64,000 bases of DNA from an uncultured Chloroflexia bacterium (GTDB lineage: Bacteria > Chloroflexota > Limnocylindria > Limnocylindrales > CSP1-4): positions 512,001 to 576,000 of the forward strand of contig CAWEYL010000001.1 in NCBI GenBank assembly GCA_963813335.1, read 5' to 3'. This document shows positions 36,278 through 48,467 of the stretch, piece after piece. The notes under the pieces are model-generated. The model did not search any database. It was not told the DNA's origin and saw only the letters and a list, made by a program, of their open reading frames with translations. How positions within the stretch are numbered: the stretch's first letter is position 1; every line of letters begins with the position of its first letter. Made by a program: the position numbers and the translations under genes.

Positions 36278-38775
36278 GTGACCAGGACCTCGACGCGGAC
36301 GCCGGGCGTGCCGGGTGCCGCGAGCGGGATCAGCGTGCCCTCGATCGGCCGCCCGTCGACGAGGACCGACACCTCGGCGGGAGGTTCAGCGGCGGGGCCG
36401 TCGGATCCCGCGGCGGGCAGCGCGCGGCGGTCCTGGCGCACGGCGATGTCGTAGGTCGTGCCGCGGAACCGCCGGCTCGCCCGGAACGACGTCCACGATC
36501 GGGGGATCACGGGCTCGATCCGCAGCCCGTGGTGCTCGGGCCGGATGCCCAGGATCCACTGGCTGATCGCGACCATGTTCCAGGCCGCCGTCCCGGTCAG
36601 CCACGAGTTCTTCGCCTCGCCCGTGCGTCGGCGGCGTCGCGCCCGGCGATCATCTGCGCGTAGACGTACGGCTCGCAGCGGTGCACGTCCGAGATCGCCT
36701 CGCGGGCCGACGGGTTGATGCGCAGGTAGTAGTCGAGCGCGCCGTCGCCGTTGCCCGTGATCGCCTCGGCGATCATCAGCCACGGGTTCGTGTGGCAGAA
36801 GACGCCGGCGTTCTCCTTGTAGCCCGGCGGGTACGACGAGATCTCGCCGAGCTCGAGGTGGTAGGTCGCGTAGGCCGGCTGCTGGAGCACGATCCCGTGG
36901 GGCGTCGCGAGCCGCTCGCGGACGGATGCGATCGCGGTCCGCGTGCGCCCGTCGTCGAGGCCGACACCCGCCATCGCCATCAGCCCCTGCGGCTCGATGA
37001 AGATCTGGCCCTCCTCGTTCTCGGCCGACCCCACCGACGTTCCCGACGTGGTCGTACGCCCGTCGGTACCAGGCCCCGTCCCAGCCGTACGCCTCGATCG
37101 ACGCGGTCATCGCCGCCGCCGCCGCGCCGCAGCGGGCCGCCTCGCGCCTCGTCGCCGCGCAGCCGGGCGATCGCCTCCGCCTCGCGCGCGGCGAGCACGA
37201 AGAGGCCGGCGATGAACACGGACTCGGCGACGCCGCCGGGCCGGTTCGGCGCCGTCTGGAAGGACTCGCCGGGTCGGTCGGAGAAGACGTTGAGGTTGAG
37301 GCAGTCGTTCCAGTCGGCCCGCCCGATGAGCGGCAGGCCGTGCGGCCCGAGCTCGCTCGAGCGTGAAGTCGATGCACCGCCGCAGGTGGTCGTGGAGCGG
37401 CGTCTCCGAGCCCTCCTGCGTTGTCCCACGGCACGGGCTCGTCGAGGATCGCCAGGTCGCCGGTCTCCTTGAGGTAGGCCGCGACGCCCAGCACGAGCCA
37501 CGCCGGGTCGTCGTTGAACCCGGAGCCGACGTCGTGGTTGCCGCGCTTCGTGAGCGGCTGGTACTGGTGGTAGGCGCCGCCGTCGGGCAGCTGGGTCGCG
37601 GCGATGTCCAGGATGCGCGCCCGGGCCCGCTCCGGGACCATGTGGACGAAGCCGAGCAGGTCCTGGTTGGAGTCCCGGAACCCCATGCCCCGCCCGATGC
37701 CCGACTCGAACATCGACGCCGAGCGCGACAGGTTGAACGTGACCATGCACTGGTAGGGGTTCCAGGTGTTGACCATGCGGTCGACGTGCGGGTCGCCGGT
37801 GGCCACCTGGAGGGCGCCGAGACGATCCGTCCAGGTCGCGCGCAGGCGCGGCGAGGTCGTCGTCGACCTGCCCCTCGCCGCCGGTAGCGGTCGATCACCG
37901 CCCGGGCCCGCGTCGTGTCCGGCCGGCCGGAGCCGGGCGGGTCGAACTTGGCCGTCGGCCGGGTTCTCCGTGTAGCCCAGCACGAAGGTCACGTCGCGCG
38001 ACTCACCCGGTTCGAGCACCAGCGTCGCCTGGAGCGCCCCGACCGGCTGCCAGCCGTGGGCGATCGAGCCGGCCATCGCGCCGCGTCTCCACGGCGACCG
38101 GCCGGTCCCAGCCCCGGTAGGCGCCGAGGAACGCCTCTCGCGACGTGTCGAACCCGGCCACCGGCGCCGAGCACGCGAACCAGGCGAAGTGGTCGCGGCG
38201 CTCGCGGTACTCGGTCACGTGGTAGACGACGCCGTCCTCGACGAGGACCTCGCCGGTGGACAGGTTGCGCTGGAAGTTCGTGGCGTCGTCCTGGGCGTCC
38301 CAGAGGCAGAACTCGACGGCGCCGAACGAGCGACAGCGCGCGCCGGCGTCCGGCCGCTCGTTGGTCACGCGCGTCCGCCAGACCTCGAGCGTCTCCCCGG
38401 GCGGCACGAGGTAGGTGGTCTCGGCGCGGATGCCGCCGCGCACGCCGGTGATGACCGTGTACCCGAGGCCGTGGCGGCAGGCTGTAGGCGTCGAGCTCGC
38501 GCTGCGTCGGCTGCCAGCCCGGGTTCCAGTAGTCGCCGGTGTCGTCGTCGCGCAGGTAGAGGAAGCGGCCGCCCACGTCGAGCGGGGCGTTGTTGTAGCG
38601 GTAGCGGATCAGCCGTCGCAGCCGTGCATCGCGGAAGAAGGAGTACCCGCCGGCGGTGTTGGAGACGAGCGCGAAGTAGTCCTCGCTGCCCGAGGTAGTT
38701 GATCCACGGCAGCGGCGTGTCCGGGCGGGTGATGACGTATTCCCGCCGCTCGTCGTCGAAGTGGCCGAAGCGCAA
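36274..38775 (-). CDS. GH94 cellobiose phosphorylase (many frameshifts)
   Basis: [94 protein letters not shown]. Confidence 0.9.
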
Positions 38776-38838
38776 CCGAGATCTCCTTCGTCCGGATGTC
38801 AGGGACCCGGTTCCGTGCTGGCGCTCGGCGGCCCGAGC

Positions 38839-39927
38839 CTACTTGTCGACGCCGGTGACGACGACGCCGCGCATGAACGCCCGCTGGGCGAGCAGGAAGA
38901 CCACGATCGGGACGACCATCGTCATGAACGCAGCCGCCTGGATCAGCGTGGGCTGCGTGGCGTACAGCGCGTTGTACTGCTGGATCCCGAGTCGACAGCG
39001 GCTGCAGGTCGGGCTTGCTGGCCAGATAGAGCAGCGGCACGAAGAAGTCGTTCCAGGCGAAGAAGAAGTGGAACAGGCAGACGGCGGTGATGGCCGCGAC
39101 GGACTGCGGGACGATGATCGAGCGCAGGATCCGGAACGGGCCGGCCCCGTCGATCATCGCGGCCTCGTCGAGCTCGCGCGGGATCGACATGAAGTACTGG
39201 CGCAGCAGGAAGACGTTGTAGGCGTTCGCGAAGAAGTGCGGGATGATCAGCGGGCAGCCACGTTCCGTTCCAGCCGAGCCAGGTGAAGATCACGTAGGTC
39301 GGCAGCAGCGTTACCTGGAACGGCAGGATGATCGTGGCGATCAGGATGATGAAGAAGGCGTTGCGCCCCGGGAACCGGAACCGGGCGAAGCCGTAGGCCA
39401 CCAGGATGGACGAGAAGATCGCGCCGATCGTGCTCAGGACGGCGATCCCGACGGTGTTCCGCAGCAGGAGCGGGAAGTTCATCTGGTTCCACGCCTGGGT
39501 GTAGTTCTCGACGAGCGGGTCGAACTTCCAGGCCTGCTCCAGGGTCCGCCAGCGGCCGACCCATTCGAATGCCGTCGCCGTCGGGTCGTTCGGGTCGACG
39601 ACGATGCTCGACTCGCGACCCTTCTCGACCAGCATGAGCTGTTTCGTGGTGCCGTCCGGGAGCGGGACCGCGTAGATCGGGAACTGCTCGCCCTGGTAGG
39701 TGCCGGTCAGGGGCGATGCCGGATAGATCGGCGCGCCCGGCGTGGCGACTCTGGCCCGGCTGCTGCAGCGAGGTCGTGAGCATGTACAGCATCGGCAGCA
39801 GGAGCGTCGAGATGATGAGCAGGGCGAACATCGTGATCGACGCCTTGCCCAGGAACTTGCGGTAGCTCTTGGCGACCGGGCTGCGGTCCGCGAAGGCTCG
39901 CTGCGGGAGCGCGGCGGTCTTGCTCAC
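38839..39927 (-). CDS. Carbohydrate ABC transporter permease (MalG-type; frameshifts)
   Basis: AYGFARFRFPGR, IPRELDEAAMIDGA, AWNDFFVPL, QRAFMRGVVVTGVDK. Confidence 0.9.
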
Positions 39928-40889
39928 CGCTCGCCCCCGGCGTAGTAGACGCGGTTCCGGGCGAACGCGAAGAGCAGCAGCGTCAGGCCCAGCACGATCA
40001 CGAAGAGCAGCCACGCGATCGCCGCGCCGTAGCCCATGTGGCCGAAGGCGAAGGCCTCGTTGTAGAGCAGCAGGTTCACGAACAGCGTGGCGTTGTTCGG
40101 GTCGCCCCGCCCGTTCGACAGCACGTAGATCTGGGTGAAGTACTGGAACGTGCCGATCATGCAGATCACGAGGTTGTAGAGCAGGACCGGCGACATCAGC
40201 GGGATCGTGATCCGGCGGAAGGAGGTCCAGAACCCGGCGCCATCCATGCGCGCCGCCTCATACAGCTCCGTCGGGACGGACTGGAGGCCGGCGATGTTGA
40301 TGAGCATGAAGTTGCCGATGCCCCACAGGCCGATGATCGACAGCGCTGGGTAGATCCAGACCTCGCTGTTGATCCAGTCGGGACCGGGGAGGCCGAACGC
40401 CTTGAGGATGGCGTTCATCCAGCCGGTGTCGGTGTTCAGGAAGCCGATCCAGACCAGGGTCGAGGCGACCAGCGGGATCATGATCGGCATGTACACGAGG
40501 GCCCGCATCGGGCCGCGCCACGCGAGTCTCGGGCTATTGAGCAGGAGGGCGAACCCGAGGCTCGCGATCATCGTCACCGGGATCGAGATCAGGGCGAACC
40601 GGAAGGTGGCGCCCAGCGACCGCGCGACCATCGGGTCGTCGAGCATCCGCGTGTAGTTGTCGATGCCGATGAACTTGGTCGACTCCGGGTGGACCAGGTC
40701 GAAGTTCGTGAACGACATGAGCAGCGAGGCGATCATCGGCCCCGCGGTGAAGAGCAGGAGCCCGAGGAGCCAGGGGCCGATGAAGACGTAGCCCCACATG
40801 GCCTCGCGGACCCTCGGCTGGCGGAACCAGCCTGAGAAGCCGGGTCGGAGCGGTGTCGTCACGGGCAGCGCCTGGGTGGACTCGGTCAT
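39924..40889 (-). CDS. Carbohydrate ABC transporter permease (MalF-type)
   Basis: ELYEAARMDGA EAA loop, GYGAAIAW. Confidence 0.94.
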   Translation of the reverse strand: MTESTQALPVTTPLRPGFSGWFRQPRVREAMWGYVFIGPWLLGLLLFTAGPMIASLLMSFTNFDLVHPESTKFIGIDNYTRMLDDPMVARSLGATFRFALISIPVTMIASLGFALLLNSPRLAWRGPMRALVYMPIMIPLVASTLVWIGFLNTDTGWMNAILKAFGLPGPDWINSEVWIYPALSIIGLWGIGNFMLINIAGLQSVPTELYEAARMDGAGFWTSFRRITIPLMSPVLLYNLVICMIGTFQYFTQIYVLSNGRGDPNNATLFVNLLLYNEAFAFGHMGYGAAIAWLLFVIVLGLTLLLFAFARNRVYYAGGER

Positions 40890-40941
40890 GACGTGTCCGG
40901 GCTCCGGTGGTGGTGGGGACCGATGGTACGGGAGTGGAACG

Positions 40942-40974
40942 CCTCCCGGGCGGGCGGGACACCCGCCCGGGAGG
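40942..40974 (-). terminator. Stem-loop after the solute-binding protein gene (partial terminator or mRNA stabiliser)
   Basis: cctcccgggcggg pairs with cccgcccgggagg, 13-bp stem. Confidence 0.6.
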
Positions 40975-40988
40975 GTGAGGAGGAGGAG

Positions 40989-42503
40989 CTACTGCGCCGC
41001 GTCGAAGATCCCCTGCAGGGTGGTCTTCAGGGTGTCGAGCTCAGCGTCGATATCGACCCCGGTCGACGTGCGGTACTTGTTCTGGAATGCCTGCCAGCGC
41101 CTTCTTGGACTTGGCATAGTCGGGCACCCAGGCCTGGTGGTTGGGAACGTCCGGATACGACAGCATCGCCTTCGGCACGTCCCAGTTGAGCGTGATGCCC
41201 GGGAACTGCTTGTTGATGGTGTCGATGAACGGCTGCTGCAGGGCCGGGTCCGCCGGCAGGGCGCCGTAGACGGCGAGCAGCTCAGGCGAGTTCACGAAGG
41301 CGGTCAGGGCCGCGAACGCCTCGTCCGGGTGCTTGGTGGTCTTGAGGATGCTGAACGTGTCGGCGTGCAGCTTGGCGGTGGTCTTCGCCGTTGTACGCCG
41401 GGGCGACGGCCCAACCGAAGTCCGTGACGATCGGCTTGGCAGGCGCGGCCGGGGCCGTGCAGCAGGTGAACCACGTGTGGGTCTCGTTCATCGCGAGGTT
41501 GCCGGAGGCGAACTCGCTGCCCTTGGCGAGCAGATCGCTGTTGATCTGGTTCGCGTTCGGGATGAAGTGATCCTTCCAGACGCCGTCGTTGAACCACTTC
41601 TCGCCCACGCGGACCGGATCGCCGATCTGCGCGGTCTTGCCGTCAGCCGCAACGAACGAGCTCGCCCCGAAGAGCGACGCCTCGGCCAGCGGGCTGTTGT
41701 CGGCGTACTGCATGTCGAAGCCCCACTGCTCGACGCTCGCGGGGTCGAACGAGGCGCTGGTGGCGTCGTTGCCGTTCTTGTCGACGGTGAGCTTCATGCC
41801 CAGGGTGCGGACCGCGTCCATGTCCCAGGGCTTGCCCTCGTACAGGTCGCCGACCTTGGTGGGCGGCAGCGGGAGCTTGGCTTCCTTGAACAGCCTTCGT
41901 GTTGTACCAGAGCATCGACGGGTAGGTCGCGAACGGCACACCGATGGTGGCGCCGCCCTCGCCCAGCTTGAAGAAGTCCACCAGCGCCGGGTCGTACTTG
42001 CTGGTGTCGAACCCGCTCTTGGTGATGAGCGGCGCCAGGTCGAGCAGCTGGTCGCGGAAGATGTTCAGGCCTTCCACGCCGACCGGCCCGATGATGTCGG
42101 GCGCGTTGCCGGCGGCGATCTGCGTCGCCAGCAGGCTGGCCGCGACGTTGTTGTTGTAGATCTCGAGCGAGATGTAGACCTTGTTCTTGGCTTCGGCCGA
42201 GTCGTTGAACTTCTGGACGAACGCCTGCTCGGCAGCGAACTGCTGCGGCTGGCCGCCCGCGCCGAGGCCGACGAACCAGCGGACGACGACGCCGCCGTTG
42301 GGACCGGGCTGATCGGCGGGGAGCGGGACCGGCGTGACCGCCGGGGGCGGGGTGGGGCTTGCGGTGGCCGCCGCGCTGGCCGCAGCCTGGCTGGCGGCAG
42401 TCGTGGCGGATGGCGACGTGCTCGCCGTGCCGCACGCGGTCGCCAGGATGGCGACGACGCCGGCGAAGGCGATCAGGGCGCGCGGGCCGGATCTGGTTCT
42501 CAT
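40989..42503 (-). CDS. Sugar ABC transporter solute-binding lipoprotein (frameshifts)
   Basis: AGGAGGAG SD, LATAC lipobox, IAAGNAPDIIGPVG, WYN, KLHADTF segments. Confidence 0.88.
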
Positions 42504-42614
42504 CGCGATCAACTCCTCCTTGCGAGATCCTGTTCGATCTCTACCTCGGATTGAGGCCGAAAGTGGGGTGGGCTCCGACCCGGGTGGGCCGGGGCACGCC
42601 GGTCGCCGGCCGGC

Positions 42615-43668
42615 TCAGGGCATGCGCCTCCCGGCGCTCGAGGCGCGACGAATGAGTTCGGTGGCCAGGATCACGCGCCGTGGCACGGGATCCGAACCCT
42701 CGATGAGGTCGATCAGCAGGCGGGCCGTTTCATGGCCCATCTCCTCGATCGGTTGGCGGACGCTCGTGAGCTGCGGGCGCACGGTCGTCGCGACGGGAGA
42801 GTCGTCATAGCCGACCACCGCGACGTCCTCGGGCACCCGGCGCCCGGCGGCGGCGAGGACCGCGATCGCGCCAGCGGCCATGAGGTCGGAGGCGACGAAG
42901 ACCGCGTCGATGTCGGGCCGGGCGGCAAGGAGCTGTTCCATCGCCGCGGCCCCGCCATCCTGGGTGAAATCGGCATTCGCCTGGAGGCTGGGGTCCGGCC
43001 CCAGGTCGGCCTCGGCGAGGGCGTCACGATAGCCCGAAAGGCGATCCAGTGCCGCCACCATGTCCGACGGCCCGGCGATCGTGGCGATCGTCCGCCGCCC
43101 GCCGGAGATCAGGTGGTCCGACGGCGCTGCGCGCGCCACCGCGGTTGTCCACGTCGACGTAGCTGGCGGCCGTGCCGCGCGGAGGCCGGCCGACCACGAC
43201 CATCGGGATGCCGGCCGCCGCGATCCGCCCGGGGAGGGGGTCGTCGCGATGGAGGCTGACCAGCAGCGCGCCGTCGACGTGGCCCGCGGTCAGGTAGTCC
43301 GCGGTCCGGTGGGCATCGCCGCTCGAGGCGGGCATCAGCAGGACGAGCTGGAGGTCGCGGGCCGAGAGCGACGCGCTGATGCCCCGGAGGAGGCGGGGGA
43401 AGAACGGGTCGGTGAACAGTCGGCCGGCCGGCTCGGTGATGACGACGCCGATGGAGCCGCTGCGGCGGGTGACCAGGCTCCGGGCGGCGCGGTTGGGGAC
43501 GTACCCGAGCTCGACGATCGCGGCCTCGACGCCGCGCCGGATCTCCGGGCTGACCTTGGGGGAGCCGTTGACGACACGCGAGACGGTGGCTCGAGAGACG
43601 CCCGCCCGGGAGGCGACCTCCTCGAGTGTCGTTCCGTTGCGGCGATCCCGAGTGATCGAGTTTGCCAC
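42615..43668 (-). CDS. LacI family repressor (CebR/CelR-like; frameshift ~43121)
   Basis: TLEEVASRAGVSRATVSRVVN, LGYVPNRAARSL, VPEDVAVVGYDD, LTSVRQP. Confidence 0.93.
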
Positions 43669-43685
43669 CGAAACTCCCTGGCTCT

Positions 43686-43744
43686 GTGAGAGCGCTCTCA
43701 CGCTCAGTACGCACCATATCACCCCCTGTCAAGAGAGCGCTCTC
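43686..43744. promoter_or_regulatory. Two LacI operators flanking a minus-strand TTGACA -35
   Basis: GTGAGAGCGCTCTCAC 43686-43701 and GAGAGCGCTCTC 43733-43744; variant of the CelR/CebR box TGGGAGCGCTCCCA; TTGACA at 43732-43727. Confidence 0.85.
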
Positions 43745-43831
43745 ACGCTGTTTCCGTATCGTCTCGGTACGGTTCGGTGACGAGCCGGCCGCCCCGTCCG
43801 GCGGTCCGCCGTCGTATGCGAAACTAGCCGC

Positions 43832-45325
<1,494 letters not shown>

Positions 45326-45330
45326 CCAGG

Positions 45331-45603
45331 ATGGGGCCGATCAACATCGTCCTGTGGGTGGGCGGGGTCGTCCTGATCGCCGTGGGCTATACGCGGGCGA
45401 AGGCCCCGTGGACGCGCTACCAGGCGCTCAAGGAGCAGGACGCCAACGTCGCGCGCTACGAGGCGTGGCGCGGCGGGGTGCGCGACGACGGCAAGACCGG
45501 CGCCTCGGTGGCGATGGCCGTCCTCCGCCGCCAGGCGCAGATGGGCGGGCTCATCGCGATCGCCGGCGTCGTGCTGCTGTTCTTCGGCTTCCTCATCAAG
45601 TAG
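45331..45603 (+). CDS. Small membrane protein (two TM segments)
   Basis: 90 aa, hydrophobic termini, directly after gatB, biased codons. Confidence 0.75.
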   Translation: MGPINIVLWVGGVVLIAVGYTRAKAPWTRYQALKEQDANVARYEAWRGGVRDDGKTGASVAMAVLRRQAQMGGLIAIAGVVLLFFGFLIK

Positions 45604-45656
45604 CAGCCACCCGGCTGACGCGGGCTGCACGGCGCCGGGGCGGTCCGTCGCGCCCG

Positions 45657-46179
45657 CTACGCCGGCAGCCGGGCCCACTCGATCGCGGTGCAGCGGTCCA
45701 TCACGACCGACAGGCCCGCCTCGTGCGCGATCCGCGCCGCCTCCCAGTCGACGACGCCCAGCTGCAGCCACAGGCAGCGTGCTCCGGCTGGCGACCGCCT
45801 CGCGAGCGTGCGGGACGCACAGCTCGGACCGGCGGAAGACGTCGACGATGTCGAACGGACCCGTCGCGTCCGCGGCGTCGGCTAGCGTCGCGAAGGCGGG
45901 CACGCCGTGGACCGCGGCCACGTTCGGGTTGATCGGCACGCAGTCGAGGCCGCGCGCCAGCAGCGTCCGCATGACCCCGAACGACGGCCGCCAGGGGTCG
46001 GCCGACGCCCCGATGATCGCGATCCGGCGGGTCGACGACAACAGCGCCGCGATCCCTTCATCGTCGAGGACCGGGACCGGCCCGCGGCCCTCGTCGAGGT
46101 CGATGATGGCCCGCGTGCGCTCGCGGTCGGCGCGGCGCTCCGCGGCCGCCCGGGCGGCGGCCTCGTCCTCGGCGGTCAG
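45657..46179 (-). CDS. CoA-binding protein (YccU-like), apparent CTG start, frameshift ~45787
   Basis: IAIIGAS, PINP, DIVDVFRRSE, LWLQLG, VVMDRC; AAGGAGG SD 7 nt before CTG. Confidence 0.82.
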
Positions 46180-47300
46180 CCGCGCGCCTCCTTGTCGTAC
46201 GGGATCCCGTCGGCGGCGGGCGGGATGGCGCGCCCCACGACGCCGGCTAGGACGACGATCGTGAAGATGTAGGGCAGCATCCCGAAGATCTGCGGTGGGA
46301 TGGTCGAGATCACTTGCCCGAGGTCGCCCGCGGGCGGTGAGATGCGGACCGCCAGCTGCATCGACTGGACGGTCCCGAACAGGAGCGCCGCGCCGTACGC
46401 GCCGAGCGGCGTCCAGCGGCCGAAGATCATCGCGGCCAGGCCGATGAAGCCGACACCGCCGGTCATGTTGTCCTGGAACGAGTTGAACTGCTCGAGGGTC
46501 AGGTAGGCGCCGGCCAGCCCGGCGAAGACGCCGCCGAGGATGACGCTCCGGTAGCGGGTCCGGATGACGTCGATGCCGACCGTGTCGGCGGCCTTGGGAT
46601 GCTCGCCGACGGCCCGCGTGCGCAGGCCCCAGCGCGACCGGAAGAGCAGGATCTGCAGGCCGATGACGAAGACGATCAGGCTCATCGCGATCGGGCCCTG
46701 GTTGAAGAGCCCATTGATGATCGGGCCGATCAGCGGGATGTGCGCGATCTCGTCGGGGACCGTGAACCGCGGCAGGGTGGCGGTGCCGGACAGCCCCGAG
46801 GTCGAGACCAGCAGCTGGTTGAAGTAGGCCGTGCCGCCGAGGGCCAGGATGTTGATGACCGTGCCGCTGATGATCTGGTCGGCCTTGATGGTGATCGATA
46901 GCCAGGCGTGGAGCAGCGACAGGAGCATCGCCGAGATGATCGCGATGCCGATGGCCAGGATCGCCGCGGTCGGCGCGCCCACGACCGGGTCGAGGTAGGC
47001 GCCGCTCAGGAACGCCACGAAGGCCGCCGTCAGGATCATGCCCTCGATACCGATGTTGGTGACCCCGGAGCGCTCGCACATGACGCCGCACAGGGCGCCG
47101 AAGGCGATCGGCACGGCGTACTGGACGATGAGGTAGCTCAGCGGCGGGACCCGGTTCACCAGCCAGTCGACGAAGCTGCCGAGGTAGGGGATGTCGAGGT
47201 AGAGGGCGAGGGCCGCGAGCAGGACGACCGCCAGGAAGCCGCCGATCCACATGACCCGGGGATCGCGGCGGGAGACGGGCGGGAGGGCGACGGCGGTCAT
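46176..47300 (-). CDS. Nucleoside/BMP-type ABC transporter permease
   Basis: ERSGVTNIGIEG, GLRTRAVGEHP, MLPYIFTIVVL. Confidence 0.93.
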   Translation of the reverse strand: MTAVALPPVSRRDPRVMWIGGFLAVVLLAALALYLDIPYLGSFVDWLVNRVPPLSYLIVQYAVPIAFGALCGVMCERSGVTNIGIEGMILTAAFVAFLSGAYLDPVVGAPTAAILAIGIAIISAMLLSLLHAWLSITIKADQIISGTVINILALGGTAYFNQLLVSTSGLSGTATLPRFTVPDEIAHIPLIGPIINGLFNQGPIAMSLIVFVIGLQILLFRSRWGLRTRAVGEHPKAADTVGIDVIRTRYRSVILGGVFAGLAGAYLTLEQFNSFQDNMTGGVGFIGLAAMIFGRWTPLGAYGAALLFGTVQSMQLAVRISPPAGDLGQVISTIPPQIFGMLPYIFTIVVLAGVVGRAIPPAADGIPYDKEARG

Positions 47301-47309
47301 CTCGTCCTC

Positions 47310-48467
47310 CTACGCCGCGACCGCAGCGGCCGGCTGCGCGGGGCGGCGGCGGGAGCGCCACCGCGGCAGGGCGTGGTCGATGACGACCTGGGCCGCCACG
47401 AAGAGCAGGATCATGCCCTGCACGATGCCGATGATGTCGACCGGGATCTCGGTCGCGCGCTGCATCGCGCCCGCGCCGGCGCGCATGATGCCGAAGAGGA
47501 GGGCGGCGCCGACGACGCCGAACGGGTGCGCCCGCCCGAGCAGGGCGACGGCGATGCCGTCGAAGCCGTAGTTGACGATGTACTCGGCCGGGTAGTTCTT
47601 GGTGATCCCCAGGATCTCGACGCTGCCGCCGAGGCCGGCCAGGCCGCCCGCGATGCTCATGGTCAGGATCGTGATGAACGCCGGCCGGATGCCGGCGTAG
47701 CGGGCGGCGCTCGAGTTCGAGCCGACCGTCCGGATCTCGAAGCCGAGCGTCGTCTTGTAGATCAGGAACCAGATGAAGACCGCGGTGAGCAGCGCGATGA
47801 CGATCCCGAGGTGCAGTCGGGTGTCCGCGAGGATGATCGGGAGGGCGGCCTCGGGCGTGATGTCCGGCGTCCGCGGGAACGTCGCGTTCGGGTCCTTGAA
47901 GATCGTGCTGGCCACGAGGTTCAGGAACAGGTAGGCGATGCTGTTGAGCATGATCGTGGTGACCACCTCGTGGGCACCGCGCCAGGCCTTGAGGGCACCC
48001 GGGATGAAGCCGTACGCGGCCCCGCCGAGCGCCCCGGCCGCGAGCGCCAGGATCATCGCGATCGGGAACGGGATGCCGGCGATGGTGCCGACGATCGCGG
48101 CGCAGAACCCGCCGATCAGCAGCTGGCCGTTGGCCCCGATATTGAACAGGCCGGCCTTGAAGCCGATCGCCACCGACAGGCCGGTGAAGATGAGCGGTGT
48201 CGCGGCATTCAGGGTGTTGGCGATCGCCTTGGGGCTGCCCAGGGCGCCTTCCAGCATCGCGCGGTAGGCGGTGAACGGCAGCGTCAGGTCGAGCGTGTGG
48301 CTGGGTCCGATGAGGCCCGAGATGACGATCAGGATCGCCCCGGCGAGCAGCCCGAGCAGGATGGCGATGACCGTCACCACCAGCTGGCGCCCCAGGGTGC
48401 CACCCTGGCCGAGGCTGGTCGGGTCGACGTTCATGCCGGTCGCCCCGGGGTTCACGGCCTCGGTCAT
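47310..48467 (-). CDS. Nucleoside/BMP-type ABC transporter permease
   Basis: GLFNIGANGQ, EVVTTIMLN, GFDGIAVALLG. Confidence 0.93.
   Translation of the reverse strand: MTEAVNPGATGMNVDPTSLGQGGTLGRQLVVTVIAILLGLLAGAILIVISGLIGPSHTLDLTLPFTAYRAMLEGALGSPKAIANTLNAATPLIFTGLSVAIGFKAGLFNIGANGQLLIGGFCAAIVGTIAGIPFPIAMILALAAGALGGAAYGFIPGALKAWRGAHEVVTTIMLNSIAYLFLNLVASTIFKDPNATFPRTPDITPEAALPIILADTRLHLGIVIALLTAVFIWFLIYKTTLGFEIRTVGSNSSAARYAGIRPAFITILTMSIAGGLAGLGGSVEILGITKNYPAEYIVNYGFDGIAVALLGRAHPFGVVGAALLFGIMRAGAGAMQRATEIPVDIIGIVQGMILLFVAAQVVIDHALPRWRSRRRPAQPAAAVAA

Noticed and set aside
33989-43668. Decaying cellobiose operon
   Set aside because: Same artefact pattern; operators and catalytic motifs are preserved.
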